Positions 1-10,422 are shown, counted from the first letter of the stretch. The stretch: DNA of 64,000 nt from Candidatus Marinacidobacterales bacterium (GCA_965237955.1 OZ250169.1:1760001-1824000); one strand, 5' to 3'. Made by a program: numbers and translations. The notes: generated from the sequence alone by a model not told the origin.

Positions 1-425
1 TCCCCTTCTCAAGGCCAAACACAACCGCAGCGCGAAAGACAAACGGGTGCTCCGCGAGCAGGTGCGAGCTAATCGTCGCCTCTACCGCGCCATGCTTCTG
101 CGCGACGACTTCATGGACCTCTACACCTACAAAACCGAGACATGGGCCAAGAAGTTTCTCCGAGGATGGCTGCGGCGCGCTATGAGCTCGAGGATAGAGC
201 CCGTCAAACGCGCGGCGAAGATGATCCGCAGCCACTTCGATGGCGTCATCGCGTGGGTCACGTGGAGACTCAGCAACGGCCGACTCGAAGGAATGAACAA
301 CAAAATCCGGCTGCTGAGCCACCGCAGCTTTGGACTCCACTCTGCCGAAGCTCTCATCAGTCTCGTCTACCTAAACTGTGGCGGTCTCACCCTCGAGAGG
401 ATCCACTGAAATGGCAGGAGAGGCA
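1..425 (+). mobile_element. ISL3-family insertion sequence, right end (cut by window start)
   Basis: Transposase C-terminus followed by ...CCACTGAAATGGCAGGAGAGGC ending at 425, which resembles an ISL3 right terminal IR. Confidence 0.75.
2..409 (+). CDS. ISL3-family transposase, C-terminal part (partial)
   Basis: Frame open from base 2; motif SNGRLEGMNNKIRLLSHRSFG is typical of the ISL3 transposase C-terminus. Confidence 0.85.
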   Translation, partial: PLLKAKHNRSAKDKRVLREQVRANRRLYRAMLLRDDFMDLYTYKTETWAKKFLRGWLRRAMSSRIEPVKRAAKMIRSHFDGVIAWVTWRLSNGRLEGMNNKIRLLSHRSFGLHSAEALISLVYLNCGGLTLERIH

Positions 426-465
426 CCAAAGATAAGAGTTGACACACGCACCGTCGACAGACACG

Positions 466-966
466 ATGTCCCGGGGGGGATCTAAGGTGTCAACGCTCGC
501 ACCAGGCGACAAACGCGTTCTGCACCGGCTGCGCCCGCGCGGTGTGGTGTCGCTCGCGATCTACCAAGGGGAGAGGATCCCACCCGCGTACGGGATCTTG
601 AACGACATCTCGGAGGGCGGCGTCCGTATCCACTCCGACCGCATCCTCCCTCAGGGGCAGAACTTACGGCTTCGTATCCAGTTCGAGTCCGAAAAAGATC
701 TGTTCGAAGCAGGTGGCCGGGTCGCGTGGACCAAACCCGCGAAAGGTGACGACAGCCTGCTCGGGGGCTCGTTGTCCGGCATCTCGCTCGAGTTGCCGTC
801 GCAAGAATCCGAGTATTGGCTCAGGCGTCTTCTGGTGTCACCGGAGTTCGAGGAACCGGATACCGCGAGTCGCGATTACGACGATTTTCTCGCGGCCCTT
901 CGACCCCATCTAGAGCGGCTCGGAGACTATCTCGTCGCCCTCGGTCTTCGTGCGCGCAAGCGATAG
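466..966 (+). CDS. PilZ-domain protein
   Basis: RxxxR (RLRPR) and DISEGG motifs, GRVAWTK strand; start codon uncertain (439/466/487). Confidence 0.75.
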   Translation: MSRGGSKVSTLAPGDKRVLHRLRPRGVVSLAIYQGERIPPAYGILNDISEGGVRIHSDRILPQGQNLRLRIQFESEKDLFEAGGRVAWTKPAKGDDSLLGGSLSGISLELPSQESEYWLRRLLVSPEFEEPDTASRDYDDFLAALRPHLERLGDYLVALGLRARKR

Positions 967-1140
967 CGATTCCTGAAGCTGCGACATCCCGTCGTTCAAG
1001 ACACCGTAGTCCCAATTCTGGCAATAAATTGCAAGAATCTTGCTCTGCCCACGCAATTCCTGAAATAAAAACGGACCTTGAGACGTCTGAATAGTGCGGG
1101 TCACGCACGTCGAAGGACGGCGCGATATGCTGGGTCGTCC

Positions 1141-1674
1141 ATGGATGCGGACCGCGACGCGCTGGCCCGATTTCTCGACGGTGATGAAAGGGCATTCGAA
1201 GAGTTGGTCATCCGTTATGAAGCGAAGGTACGCAGAATCGCGTTCGGCGTGTTGCGCGACGCCGCTCTTGCCGAGGATGTGGCGCAAGAGACCTTTCTCA
1301 CCGCTTACCGCAAGGCGGATAGCTTCCGCGCCGAAGGCTCGGTGCGGGCCTGGCTGTTCCGTATCGCCGTTCGCCGGGCGTTGGACCAGCTCAAAAAACG
1401 CGTCCGGAAAGCAGAAGTTGCACTGCTCGATGACGGGCGCTGCGGCGTCGAACCGCACGAGCAGCTCGACGCCGGTTGGGATCTAGAGCGTGCGCTCGAG
1501 CGTCTCACCCCGGAGCACCGTGCAGCAATAATATTGAAGGAAGTCGAAGGATTGACCTATCAGGAGATCGCAGAGTCGCTGGGCTGGCCCATGGGTACGG
1601 TGGCGACTCGTATCCATCGCGCAAGGCTCGAGCTCAGAGCCAGGTGGCAGGAGAAAACGAATGTCGTGTCCTGA
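1141..1674 (+). CDS. ECF RNA polymerase sigma-70 factor
   Basis: AEDVAQETF, WLFRIA, LTYQEIAESLGWPMGTVATRIHRAR. Confidence 0.92.
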   Translation: MDADRDALARFLDGDERAFEELVIRYEAKVRRIAFGVLRDAALAEDVAQETFLTAYRKADSFRAEGSVRAWLFRIAVRRALDQLKKRVRKAEVALLDDGRCGVEPHEQLDAGWDLERALERLTPEHRAAIILKEVEGLTYQEIAESLGWPMGTVATRIHRARLELRARWQEKTNVVS

Positions 1675-2092
1675 AGATCGAATTTCGGCATGGATTGACG
1701 GCGAGCTGCTGCAACAAGACGCGAACGCTGTCGAAACACACGTCGCGGGCTGCGCTATCTGTCAGGAATTGGTGGCGTCTCTCCGCAACCTGTCCCAATA
1801 CTTCGAGACGGATGTTGCACCGGATCCCGGCTTCGTCGTTCGCTTCCGCGGGCGACGCGACGAGGTTTCGGTCGCGCCGTGGTGGACGTGGCGCGAGCTC
1901 GCGCTCCGGCTCGTGCCGCTCGCGGCCGCGGTACTCGTTGCCGCGATCGCGGTGTGGTGGATGTCGGCGGCTCCCGCCGGTTCACTTCAAGAGCTCGAGC
2001 GCGAAGCGCTGGGAGCTCCGGTCGCGTTCGATAACGGCCCCGAAGCGGTTTTGAGTATTGCCTTCGAACCTTTTCCTGGGGATATCGAGTAG
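1661..2092 (+). CDS. Zinc-finger (HxxxCxxC) membrane anti-sigma factor
   Basis: ISAWIDGEL...HVAGCAIC plus one TM helix; overlaps the sigma stop codon. Confidence 0.88.
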   Translation: MSCPEDRISAWIDGELLQQDANAVETHVAGCAICQELVASLRNLSQYFETDVAPDPGFVVRFRGRRDEVSVAPWWTWRELALRLVPLAAAVLVAAIAVWWMSAAPAGSLQELEREALGAPVAFDNGPEAVLSIAFEPFPGDIE

Positions 2093-2101
2093 GAGGCGCG
2101 C

Positions 2102-2539
2102 ATGATGGCTTCAGCGAAGAAATGGATGGGGGTCACGCTCCTGGCGACCCTGGTGATCGGCATGGGCGCCGGCGTTCTCGTCGATCGCTTCTTGCTCGCG
2201 TCAACATCAATGGTGCATTCACGCGCGCGCGACGTCGATCGCCGCGGAACCGGTGAGCACAGTGAGCGTGGCCGGCACATGGTGGAGCGATTGCGTTCAG
2301 GCCTCGATTTGACCGACGACCAAGCGGCACGTCTCGAAGAGGTCATGAACCGGAACCACGAGACCGCGCATCAGTATTGGAAAGACTCACGACAAGAGTA
2401 CGAGGCGATACGGCAGCAGTTCCGCGCCGACATCCGCGAGCTCTTGAACGAAGAGCAGCAAGTGAAGTTCGACCAGATGGTCGCTGAATACGAAGCCAAG
2501 AGCCATAGAGATCGAGAGGCACGCCGCAGTGCCCGATAA
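2102..2539 (+). CDS. Spy/CpxP-like periplasmic protein
   Basis: N-terminal TM/signal, LDLTDDQ and LLNEEQQ motifs. Confidence 0.7.
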   Translation: MMASAKKWMGVTLLATLVIGMGAGVLVDRFLLASTSMVHSRARDVDRRGTGEHSERGRHMVERLRSGLDLTDDQAARLEEVMNRNHETAHQYWKDSRQEYEAIRQQFRADIRELLNEEQQVKFDQMVAEYEAKSHRDREARRSAR

Positions 2540-5500
2540 AACTGTCAACGAGCGGCAAGAACACATCAACCCCATCGCCAAGTTCGCGGTTGAACGACGG
2601 GTGACGATGACGATGGCCGTCATCGGTATTTTCGTCCTCGGCTATCTGTCGCTCATGCGGCTGCCCCTCGAGTTCATGCCGAGCTTTTCGTCGAACAGCA
2701 TGTGGATACGCGCGCCGTACAACTCCTCGTCACCCGAGGAGGTCGAGCGCGAGATCGTCCGGCCGCTCGAGGATATTCTCGGCACGATCAACGGTATCGA
2801 CACGCTGACCGCGAATGCATCTGCCAATGAAGGCAGCGTCAGTATCACGTTCAAAGACGACGTCGACATGGACCTTGCCGCCGTCGAAGTGCGCGATCGT
2901 ATCGACCGTGTGCGGCACCTTCTGCCCGACGATCTTCGTCAGATTCGCATCCGACGCTGGCAAAGCACCGACATGCCGGTGTATCGCTTCCACCTGAGCG
3001 CGGACTGGGGCAAGGACCGCCTCTACGATTTCACCGAGCACGTCATCCAGCGCCGTCTCGAGCGACTCGAGGGCGTGGCTTCGGTCGAAGTATGGGGTAT
3101 CAGGAAGCGGGAGCTCCAGGTGCAGCTCCACCCTGCGAGAATGCAGGCGGCCGGGGTCGACTCCCGTGACGTGAACTCGGTGCTCCGCAACAACCACATC
3201 AACGTTTCCGGCGGCTACATCAAAGAAGGGCCGCGAAAGCTCACCGTGCGGTCCGTCGGTGAGTTTCAAACCGTCGAGGAGATCGAAAAGCTTCCGATTG
3301 GAACCCGCGGCGTTCGTGGCATTCGTATCAGGGACATCGCCGACGTCGCCTATACCTACCCGCGGCAGGAAAGCTTCAACTTCCTCAATGACAAAGAGGC
3401 GGTCACGCTCAGCGTCTTCAAGTCTTCGACCGCCAATCTCCTCCACGTCGTGGACGCTGCCAAGGCCGAGCTCGCGCGCATCGAGGCCATGCCCCAAGCC
3501 GCGGGCCTTTCGACGCGGGTGTTGCACGACGTGTCGGTGGACGTTCGCCAGGGCCTGGGACAGCTTCGCAATGCCGGTCTACTCGGAGGCCTTCTCGCGG
3601 TCGTCTTTCTGTTCCTGTTCCTGAGAAAGGTACGAACCACGGCGCTGGTGGCGCTCGCGATCCCCATCTCGATCGTTTTGACGTTCGTCATCCTGTATTT
3701 CTTACGAGAGCTCGGCGTGGTGACCACCACGATCAACGTCGTGAGCCTCATGGGCCTGATGCTCGCGGTCGGGATGCTGGTCGACAACTCGGTCGTGGTC
3801 ATCGAATCGATTTCGCGGCATCTCACCGACCTCCGCGAAGACGCGAAGACCGCCGCGCTTCGTGGCACATCGGCGGTAGCGATGCCGATCATCGCGTCCA
3901 CGCTGACGACGATGTGCGTCTTCATCCCCATGATCTTTCTCGCGAACACCGGCGGCGGGTTCATGCGCTTCATGCTCGACATCGGCATCACCATTTGCAT
4001 CGTGATGGTGTCGTCGCTCTTGGTCGCGCTCACCGTCGTGCCCATGGTGGCCGCGGTCTTGCTCCGAGGCGAGAACACGAACGAGTCGAAGCTCACCGTG
4101 GCGCTCTCGGCGGGCTACGGTCACGTCATCGGGTTCACGCTGAAGCACCGCTTCGTGTTTTTCGTCGGCATTCTGGGGATGCTGTACGGATCCTACAAAT
4201 TGCTCGGGACGATCGAGCGGACGTTCACACCGAGGACGATGGAACGACAAATCTCCATCAACGTTGACACGCCGCGCTCGTACTCGCTCGAACAGACACA
4301 GGCGCTCTACGCCGAGGTCACCAGTCTCCTCAACGAGCACCGGGTCGAGCTCGATATCTCCGACGTCGTCTATAGATACAGCCGTACCGGCGGCCGTTCA
4401 CGAGGTGGCTTTCGAGGCAGGCGCAGATTCGACATCTATCTCGTCGACGAAGAACAGTCGAAGCGGTCCGTGCGGGAGGTCCGCGACGAGATCCGAGAGC
4501 TGTTGCCCGCGAAAGCGGGCGTCGACTTCAAGATCGCGCAGAGCACCGGCCATGGAGGCAGAGGCGGCGGCTTCGGTATCAATCTCGATCTCAAAGGCGA
4601 TGATATGGCGGTGCTCGAGCTCGTGGCCCAGCGCGTAGTGGCAACCCTCGAGGGGACCTCGTGGGCGCGCGATGTGGATAGCTCGCTCGATAGCGGTACT
4701 GACGAGATCCACGTGAGCGTCGACCGCGAGCGTGCTCTCCAATCGGGGCTCTCGACTCAGGCGGTCGCGTTTTCGATCTCGAACGCGCTCTCGTCCCGCC
4801 CTATCGGCCGCATTGCCGCCGACGATCGGGAAGTCGATATCGTGGTGCAGTTCCGCGAAGAAGACCGCTCGACGCTCGATCAGCTCAAGAAAATGCCGAT
4901 CATGGCGAGCGACGCCCGACTGCCTATCGGCGCCATGGCAGCTTTCGAAGTCAAACAGGGACCGCGCCGGATCGAGCGCGAGAACAAACGACCCAAGCTC
5001 AGAATTACTGCAAACACCAACACCGCGGGCGCATCGTTCCGCATGATGGGGCAGGTCACCGAGATCATGAACGGCATCAGCCTGCCACCGGGCTACGAGT
5101 GGGGTTTCGGTCGAAGTTGGCGTCATGCGCAACAGGATTGGAGTAGCGCGCTGTTCGCGTTCATCTTTGCGTTGGGTTTGATCTACTTGATCATGTCGGC
5201 TCTGTTCGAGAGCTTCGTCCAGCCGTTCACGATCATGTTCTCGATTCCGTTCGCGTTCATCGGCGTCGGAATCGTGCTCAAGCTCACCAGCCAGCCGCTC
5301 GATAACATGGCAAACATGGGGCTCATCATTCTCGTGGGCGTGGTGGTCAATAACGCCATCGTGCTAATTGCGCACATCAATCACTTGAGATGGCAAGGTG
5401 TGCCGCGCGACGAAGCGATCGTCGTCGGAGGCAGGCATCGGTTGCGGCCGATCCTGATGACGGCGATGACCACCGTCCTCGGGTTGCTACCGATGGTCGC

Positions 5501-5687
5501 GCCTCTGATTTTCCCGGGTGTGCTGGGGACAACGGAAGGGCGAGCCGGGAACTGGGCGCCCGTCGGGCTGGTCATTCTTGCGGGGCTGACCACGTCGACG
5601 TTCTTGACGCTGGTCATCATTCCCACGATTTACTCACTCGTGGACGATTGCACGCGCTTTGCCGGAAAGATTGTTCGAGCAGCGTAG
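2529..5687 (+). CDS. RND efflux permease (AcrB/AcrD/AcrF family), subunit 1
   Basis: 1052 aa; GMLVDNSVVVIE and RLRPILMTAMTT motifs; multi-TM pattern. Confidence 0.95.
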   Translation: MPDKTVNERQEHINPIAKFAVERRVTMTMAVIGIFVLGYLSLMRLPLEFMPSFSSNSMWIRAPYNSSSPEEVEREIVRPLEDILGTINGIDTLTANASANEGSVSITFKDDVDMDLAAVEVRDRIDRVRHLLPDDLRQIRIRRWQSTDMPVYRFHLSADWGKDRLYDFTEHVIQRRLERLEGVASVEVWGIRKRELQVQLHPARMQAAGVDSRDVNSVLRNNHINVSGGYIKEGPRKLTVRSVGEFQTVEEIEKLPIGTRGVRGIRIRDIADVAYTYPRQESFNFLNDKEAVTLSVFKSSTANLLHVVDAAKAELARIEAMPQAAGLSTRVLHDVSVDVRQGLGQLRNAGLLGGLLAVVFLFLFLRKVRTTALVALAIPISIVLTFVILYFLRELGVVTTTINVVSLMGLMLAVGMLVDNSVVVIESISRHLTDLREDAKTAALRGTSAVAMPIIASTLTTMCVFIPMIFLANTGGGFMRFMLDIGITICIVMVSSLLVALTVVPMVAAVLLRGENTNESKLTVALSAGYGHVIGFTLKHRFVFFVGILGMLYGSYKLLGTIERTFTPRTMERQISINVDTPRSYSLEQTQALYAEVTSLLNEHRVELDISDVVYRYSRTGGRSRGGFRGRRRFDIYLVDEEQSKRSVREVRDEIRELLPAKAGVDFKIAQSTGHGGRGGGFGINLDLKGDDMAVLELVAQRVVATLEGTSWARDVDSSLDSGTDEIHVSVDRERALQSGLSTQAVAFSISNALSSRPIGRIAADDREVDIVVQFREEDRSTLDQLKKMPIMASDARLPIGAMAAFEVKQGPRRIERENKRPKLRITANTNTAGASFRMMGQVTEIMNGISLPPGYEWGFGRSWRHAQQDWSSALFAFIFALGLIYLIMSALFESFVQPFTIMFSIPFAFIGVGIVLKLTSQPLDNMANMGLIILVGVVVNNAIVLIAHINHLRWQGVPRDEAIVVGGRHRLRPILMTAMTTVLGLLPMVAPLIFPGVLGTTEGRAGNWAPVGLVILAGLTTSTFLTLVIIPTIYSLVDDCTRFAGKIVRAA

Positions 5688-5706
5688 TGGGAGTAGTGAA
5701 GCGGTT

Positions 5707-7107
5707 ATGAAGACGAGAAGCACAACGCAGTTTGCCGTCGCGCTCGTGGCGGGGCTCTTCTTATTGAGTGGGCTGAGTGGGCTGAGTGGCTGTGGCGGCT
5801 CCGACGAAGGGGCCGCGCCTCAAGATAAAGGGGGCAAAGGTGGCCAAGGCGGCCAGCGCGGTGGTCACGGCGGCCAGCGCGGTGGTCACGGCGGCGGACC
5901 TCCGGGGATGGGCGGCGGCCCTGCTGCGGCCGCGGTGCCGGTTGAGGTCGTTGCTATCTCGCGGCGTTCGGTGTCGTCGTTTCTGCAGACGAACGGAAGC
6001 CTCGAAGCCGAGAACGACGTACAAATCGTCGCTCGTATTCAAGGACCCATCGTCGAGCTCGTCGCCGAGGAGGGCATGCGCCTCGAGAAGGGCGACCTCA
6101 TGCTCAAGATCGACGAGACCGAGACACTCGCTCAGGTCGAGATCGCCAAGGTTGGTTTGAAAGAAGGGACGCGCGCCCACGAGCGCGCCAAAGCGGCCCG
6201 CGACAGCGAGATCATCAGCCAGGAAGTTTATGACGCCGCGCTTGCGCAGCTCGAGTCTGCCGAAGCGCAGCTGATGAGCGCCGAGATCAACTACAGCTAC
6301 ACGTCAGTGAAGGCGCCGTTCGACGGTATCGTCGTCGAGCGTCTTGTGAAACTCGCAGAGAACGTGACCGCGAATCAGGAGCTTTTTCGCTTCTCCGAGT
6401 TCGATCCGCTGCTGTGCAAGATCCAGGTGCCGGAGAAAGAGCTCTCCCGACTACGCAAAGGGCAGACGGCTTACCTGAACGTCGAAGCGTGGCCGGACGA
6501 GCGTTTTCAGGCGTCGGTGTTGAGGATCAGCCCGGTCGTCGACCCGGCGACGGGAACGATCCGGGTCACGCTCCAAGTGCGCGCCCGTTCTAAGCTCAGC
6601 CCGGGAATGTTCGCGCGTGTCTTTCTGGTCACCGACACGCATGAAAGCGCCGTGGTGATGCCGAAGCGAGCGCTTTCGATTGAGAGTTTGAGCGATACCG
6701 TTTTCGTCGTGAACGACGAAGGTCAAGCAGTGCGTCGCGATATCGAGCTCGGCTACGAGGAGACCGATGTCGTCGAAGTGCTCGCGGGGCTCGAAGTGGG
6801 AGAGCGCGTCATCGTCGTCGGCCAGGACGGCCTCACCAACGGAACACCGATTCAAGTGCTCAAAGGTCCAAGTGCCGACGAAGCGCCGCGCCCAGCCCGC
6901 GCCGCGAACTTCGAGCGCCCGCCCGGCGGAGGAGATCACGCTGGCAACGGCCCCGGGCCAGGCATGGGAGGCCCGCCAGGCGGCCGCATGGATCTCTCGA
7001 ACGCCACGCCCGAACAACTCGAGCGCATCAAAAAACGCATGCGCGAGCGCGGCATGACCGACGAACAAATCGAGCAGGCCCTAGCCCGCCGCCGCCAACA
7101 ACAATAG
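5707..7107 (+). CDS. RND membrane-fusion (periplasmic adaptor) lipoprotein
   Basis: LSGC lipobox, VKAPFDG, ISPVVDPATGT; Gly-rich linkers; ATG at 5707. Confidence 0.93.
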   Translation: MKTRSTTQFAVALVAGLFLLSGLSGLSGCGGSDEGAAPQDKGGKGGQGGQRGGHGGQRGGHGGGPPGMGGGPAAAAVPVEVVAISRRSVSSFLQTNGSLEAENDVQIVARIQGPIVELVAEEGMRLEKGDLMLKIDETETLAQVEIAKVGLKEGTRAHERAKAARDSEIISQEVYDAALAQLESAEAQLMSAEINYSYTSVKAPFDGIVVERLVKLAENVTANQELFRFSEFDPLLCKIQVPEKELSRLRKGQTAYLNVEAWPDERFQASVLRISPVVDPATGTIRVTLQVRARSKLSPGMFARVFLVTDTHESAVVMPKRALSIESLSDTVFVVNDEGQAVRRDIELGYEETDVVEVLAGLEVGERVIVVGQDGLTNGTPIQVLKGPSADEAPRPARAANFERPPGGGDHAGNGPGPGMGGPPGGRMDLSNATPEQLERIKKRMRERGMTDEQIEQALARRRQQQ

Positions 7108-7109
7108 CA

Positions 7110-7275
7110 ATGCCGATGGCCGGCGGCCGACGGCCGATGGCGCCGCTATGAAGATTGTCAACTTCTCCGCTCGAGCGCATCGAGCGTGCTCCAGTCCGCA
7201 ACGTACAACGACAGTCATGCCGATGGCTGATGGCCGACGGCCGATGGCGCCGCAATGAAAATAGTAAACTTCTCC
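7110..7275 (+). repeat. 59-bp imperfect direct repeat (7110-7168, 7217-7275) made of heptamer units plus the first 7 codons of the RND gene
   Basis: 52/59 identity by manual alignment; both copies encode MKIVNFS. Confidence 0.9.
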
Positions 7276-10200
7276 ACCCGCCGCCCCGTCACCATCCTCG
7301 TCTTTTTCATCGCAGCGGTGGTTTTCGGCGTGGTCGCATTCCGTGATCTAACCGTCGACCTGTTGCCCGAGATCACATACCCATCACTGACGGTAAAAAC
7401 AGAGTTCGAAGGCACGGCGCCGTCGGAAGTCGAAAGCCTCATCACCAAACCCATCGAGAACGCCGTCGGCGTCGTCAATAACGTCGTCCGCGTCATCTCG
7501 AGTTCGCGCTCCGACACCAGCGAAGTGACGCTCGAGTTCGGTTGGGATACCAACATGGACATGGCCGCTCTCGACGTGCGCGAGCGGTTGGATCTGGTGG
7601 TGCTGCCTGACGACGCCGAGCGTCCAGTGCTTCTCCGCTACGACCCGTCACTCGATCCGATCATGCGGCTGGGTCTTTACGGCGACGAAGATCTCATTCG
7701 CCTGCGATTGATCGGTGAGCAAGACGTGAAACGTCTTCTCGAGCGCGTGGAAGGCGTGGCTGCGGTTCTCGTGAGCGGTGGCCTCGAAGAGGAGATCCAC
7801 GTTGAGCTCGACGAACGCCGCATTGCGAATCTGGGTCTCAGCGCGAGCCAGGTCGTTTCCCGTCTTGCCGCCGAGAACGTCAACCTCACCGGCGGCCGGC
7901 TGCAAGATGGCCAGACGGAGTACCTTGTCCGCACCATCAACGAGTTCGAGCGACCCTCGGATATGCGGCACATCGTGATCGACCCCACCCGCCGCGATAT
8001 CCGTCTCGAGGACGTGGCGCGGATCAGCCGCGGTCATAAAGAACGCGAGGTCGTAAGCCGCATCGATGGGCGTGAAGCGGTGGAGATCGCTATTTACAAA
8101 GAAGGTGGGACGAACACCGTCACCGTCGCCCAGGCGGTGCAGGAGCGGGTCGTCACGCTCGAGGAGCGGCTCGAGCGGCTCGGCGAGGGACTCGAGCTGC
8201 AGTTGATCACGGACCAGTCGCGTTACATTCGCCAGTCCGTATCCGAAGTGCTGTCCACGGCGTTCATCGGTGGGAGCCTCGCGATCCTCGTTCTGATGCT
8301 CTTCCTGCGCAACATCAAGTCGACGCTCATCATCGGCGTCTCGATTCCGGTGTCGGTAATAGCGACGTTTTTCTTGATGTTCGTCTCCGGTATCTCGTTG
8401 AACATCATGTCGCTCGGCGGCATCACTCTCGGCATCGGCCTCGTCGTCGACAACTCCATCGTCGTACTGGAGGCCATCCAACGAAAACGTGAAGAAGGTC
8501 TCGGCGCCGTCGAAGCCGCTCGGAAGGGCGGTGGTGAAGTGGGTCAAGCAGTCATCGCATCCACCTTGACCACGGTGTGCGTGTTCGTTCCTATCGTCTT
8601 CGTCGAAGGCGTTGCCGGACAGCTCTTCGGCGATCAGGCGTTGACGGTGACGTTCTCGTTGACGGTGTCGCTCATCGTCGCCCTCACGTTGATCCCGATG
8701 CTGGCGTCGCGGCAGTTCGCACGGCCGCCGAAAGACGACGTGCCGGACCACCAGCGCTCTCCCGTCGGCCAGGCCGCGATTGCCGTGGTGGGTTTTATCG
8801 GTTTGTGGATTGCCAGGGTGGTGAAGTGGTCCGCGCGGGGTTTGGTCTACGTCGTGCTCGGCATTCTCTACTTCCCTTCAAAGCTTTTTCACGTCGTCTA
8901 CGGCGCTATCACCGATTTCTACCCTCGCGTGCAGGGGGCGGTGTTGAAGCGACCCGTCCCGGTGATCGGCGCGACGCTGGTCGCTTTTCTTGCCTCACTC
9001 CTTCTGGTTGGACAACTCGGAAGCGAGCTCGTCCCCGAGCTCATCCAGGGCGAATTCTTCGTGAACACAGAGCTTCCTCCCGGAACGCATCTCGAGCTCA
9101 ATGAAAAGCGCATGGCGATTCTGGAGCGGGAAGCGATGAATCTCCCCGGGGTGACGTCGGTGTATACCGTCGTCGGGTCCAGCAACGAACAGGGCGGCAC
9201 CGCCGGCGAGCTTCGCGAGAATATCGGTCAGCTCACGATGACTCTCGAGCCGCCGTCGAGTCTCGAAAGAGAGGACGCCCTGATGGAGGCGTTTCGCCCG
9301 TTGCTCGAATCGGAAGAGGACCTCCTATACCGATTCGGACGGCCGACATACTTCAGCTTCAAGACGCCCATCGAAGTCGAGATCCGCGGATTCAACTTGA
9401 GTCTTCTGAAACGTCTCGCCGAGGAGCTCATGGCACGCATGGGGCAAATCGACGGTCTCGTCGACATCAAGTCATCGACGGAAGGTGGCAACCCCGAGCT
9501 TCAGATTCGCTTCGACCGCGATCGCCTGGCGACATTGGGCTACAACGTCAACGAAGTTGCGTCGCTGGTGCGCTCGAAGGTTCTCGGCGACGTGGCCACC
9601 GACATCACCCGGGAAGATCGCACCATCGATATTCGATTGCGCGCGCAGGAACAGTTCCGCGACAGCGTTGCAGATTTGAGAAACCTCAACATCGCGCAGA
9701 CGGGCACGACGCCAATCCCGCTCGCGGCGGTGGCGTCGGTGGTGGAGACCCAGGGTCCTGCCGAAATCCGCCGCTCGGACGGCGAGCGCGCCGCGCTGAT
9801 CACGGCGAACCTCGTTGCCCGCGATCTGGCATCGGCGTCGGCAGCCATCCAAGCCGAGCTCGAAGACATGACGCTTCCGGTGGAATTCGATTGGCGGATG
9901 GGTGGCCAACAGCAGGAAATGGAAACGTCGTTCGCGAGCATGCGCTTCGCCATCCTCCTGGCGGTGTTCCTGGTCTATCTCGTCATGGCCTCACAGTTCG
10001 AATCGCTCCTGCACCCGTTCGTGATCTTGTTCAGCGTTCCGTTCTCGTTGATCGGGGTTCTCGTCACCCTCTACCTCCTGAACGTCACCGTGAGCGTCGT
10101 CGTTCTCATCGGCGTCATCATGCTCGCCGGCATCGTCGTCAACAACGCGATCATTCTCGTCGATACCACGAACCGGTTACGGCGCGAGGGCAGAGCGAAA

Positions 10201-10422
10201 ATCGAAGCGTTGAAAGAGGCCGGAAGGCTTCGGTTGCGACCGATTCTGATGACGACGTCGACGACCGTGCTCGGACTCCTGCCGATGGCGCTCGGACTGG
10301 GCGAGGGGAGCGAGCTTCGGGCACCGATGGCGATCACCGTGATTGGCGGCCTTCTCGTAGCGACGCTGCTGACGCTTCTCATCATCCCAGCCGTTTACTC
10401 AGTTGTGGACCGAACGGCCTAA
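7255..10422 (+). CDS. RND efflux permease, subunit 2
   Basis: 1055 aa; GLVVDNSIVVLE, RLRPILMTT. Confidence 0.95.
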   Translation: MKIVNFSTRRPVTILVFFIAAVVFGVVAFRDLTVDLLPEITYPSLTVKTEFEGTAPSEVESLITKPIENAVGVVNNVVRVISSSRSDTSEVTLEFGWDTNMDMAALDVRERLDLVVLPDDAERPVLLRYDPSLDPIMRLGLYGDEDLIRLRLIGEQDVKRLLERVEGVAAVLVSGGLEEEIHVELDERRIANLGLSASQVVSRLAAENVNLTGGRLQDGQTEYLVRTINEFERPSDMRHIVIDPTRRDIRLEDVARISRGHKEREVVSRIDGREAVEIAIYKEGGTNTVTVAQAVQERVVTLEERLERLGEGLELQLITDQSRYIRQSVSEVLSTAFIGGSLAILVLMLFLRNIKSTLIIGVSIPVSVIATFFLMFVSGISLNIMSLGGITLGIGLVVDNSIVVLEAIQRKREEGLGAVEAARKGGGEVGQAVIASTLTTVCVFVPIVFVEGVAGQLFGDQALTVTFSLTVSLIVALTLIPMLASRQFARPPKDDVPDHQRSPVGQAAIAVVGFIGLWIARVVKWSARGLVYVVLGILYFPSKLFHVVYGAITDFYPRVQGAVLKRPVPVIGATLVAFLASLLLVGQLGSELVPELIQGEFFVNTELPPGTHLELNEKRMAILEREAMNLPGVTSVYTVVGSSNEQGGTAGELRENIGQLTMTLEPPSSLEREDALMEAFRPLLESEEDLLYRFGRPTYFSFKTPIEVEIRGFNLSLLKRLAEELMARMGQIDGLVDIKSSTEGGNPELQIRFDRDRLATLGYNVNEVASLVRSKVLGDVATDITREDRTIDIRLRAQEQFRDSVADLRNLNIAQTGTTPIPLAAVASVVETQGPAEIRRSDGERAALITANLVARDLASASAAIQAELEDMTLPVEFDWRMGGQQQEMETSFASMRFAILLAVFLVYLVMASQFESLLHPFVILFSVPFSLIGVLVTLYLLNVTVSVVVLIGVIMLAGIVVNNAIILVDTTNRLRREGRAKIEALKEAGRLRLRPILMTTSTTVLGLLPMALGLGEGSELRAPMAITVIGGLLVATLLTLLIIPAVYSVVDRTA

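Noticed and set aside
1019-1044. Possible sigma54 promoter upstream of the ECF gene (TGGCAATAAATTGC; TTGCAAGAATCTTGC)
   Set aside because: The first has spacing one base short and the second lacks the -24 GG; may be an operator palindrome but unsupported
5764-5895. 9-bp (LSG)x3 and 21-bp (GGQRGGH)x2 tandem repeats
   Set aside because: In-frame low-complexity signal/linker expansions, ordinary for membrane-fusion proteins
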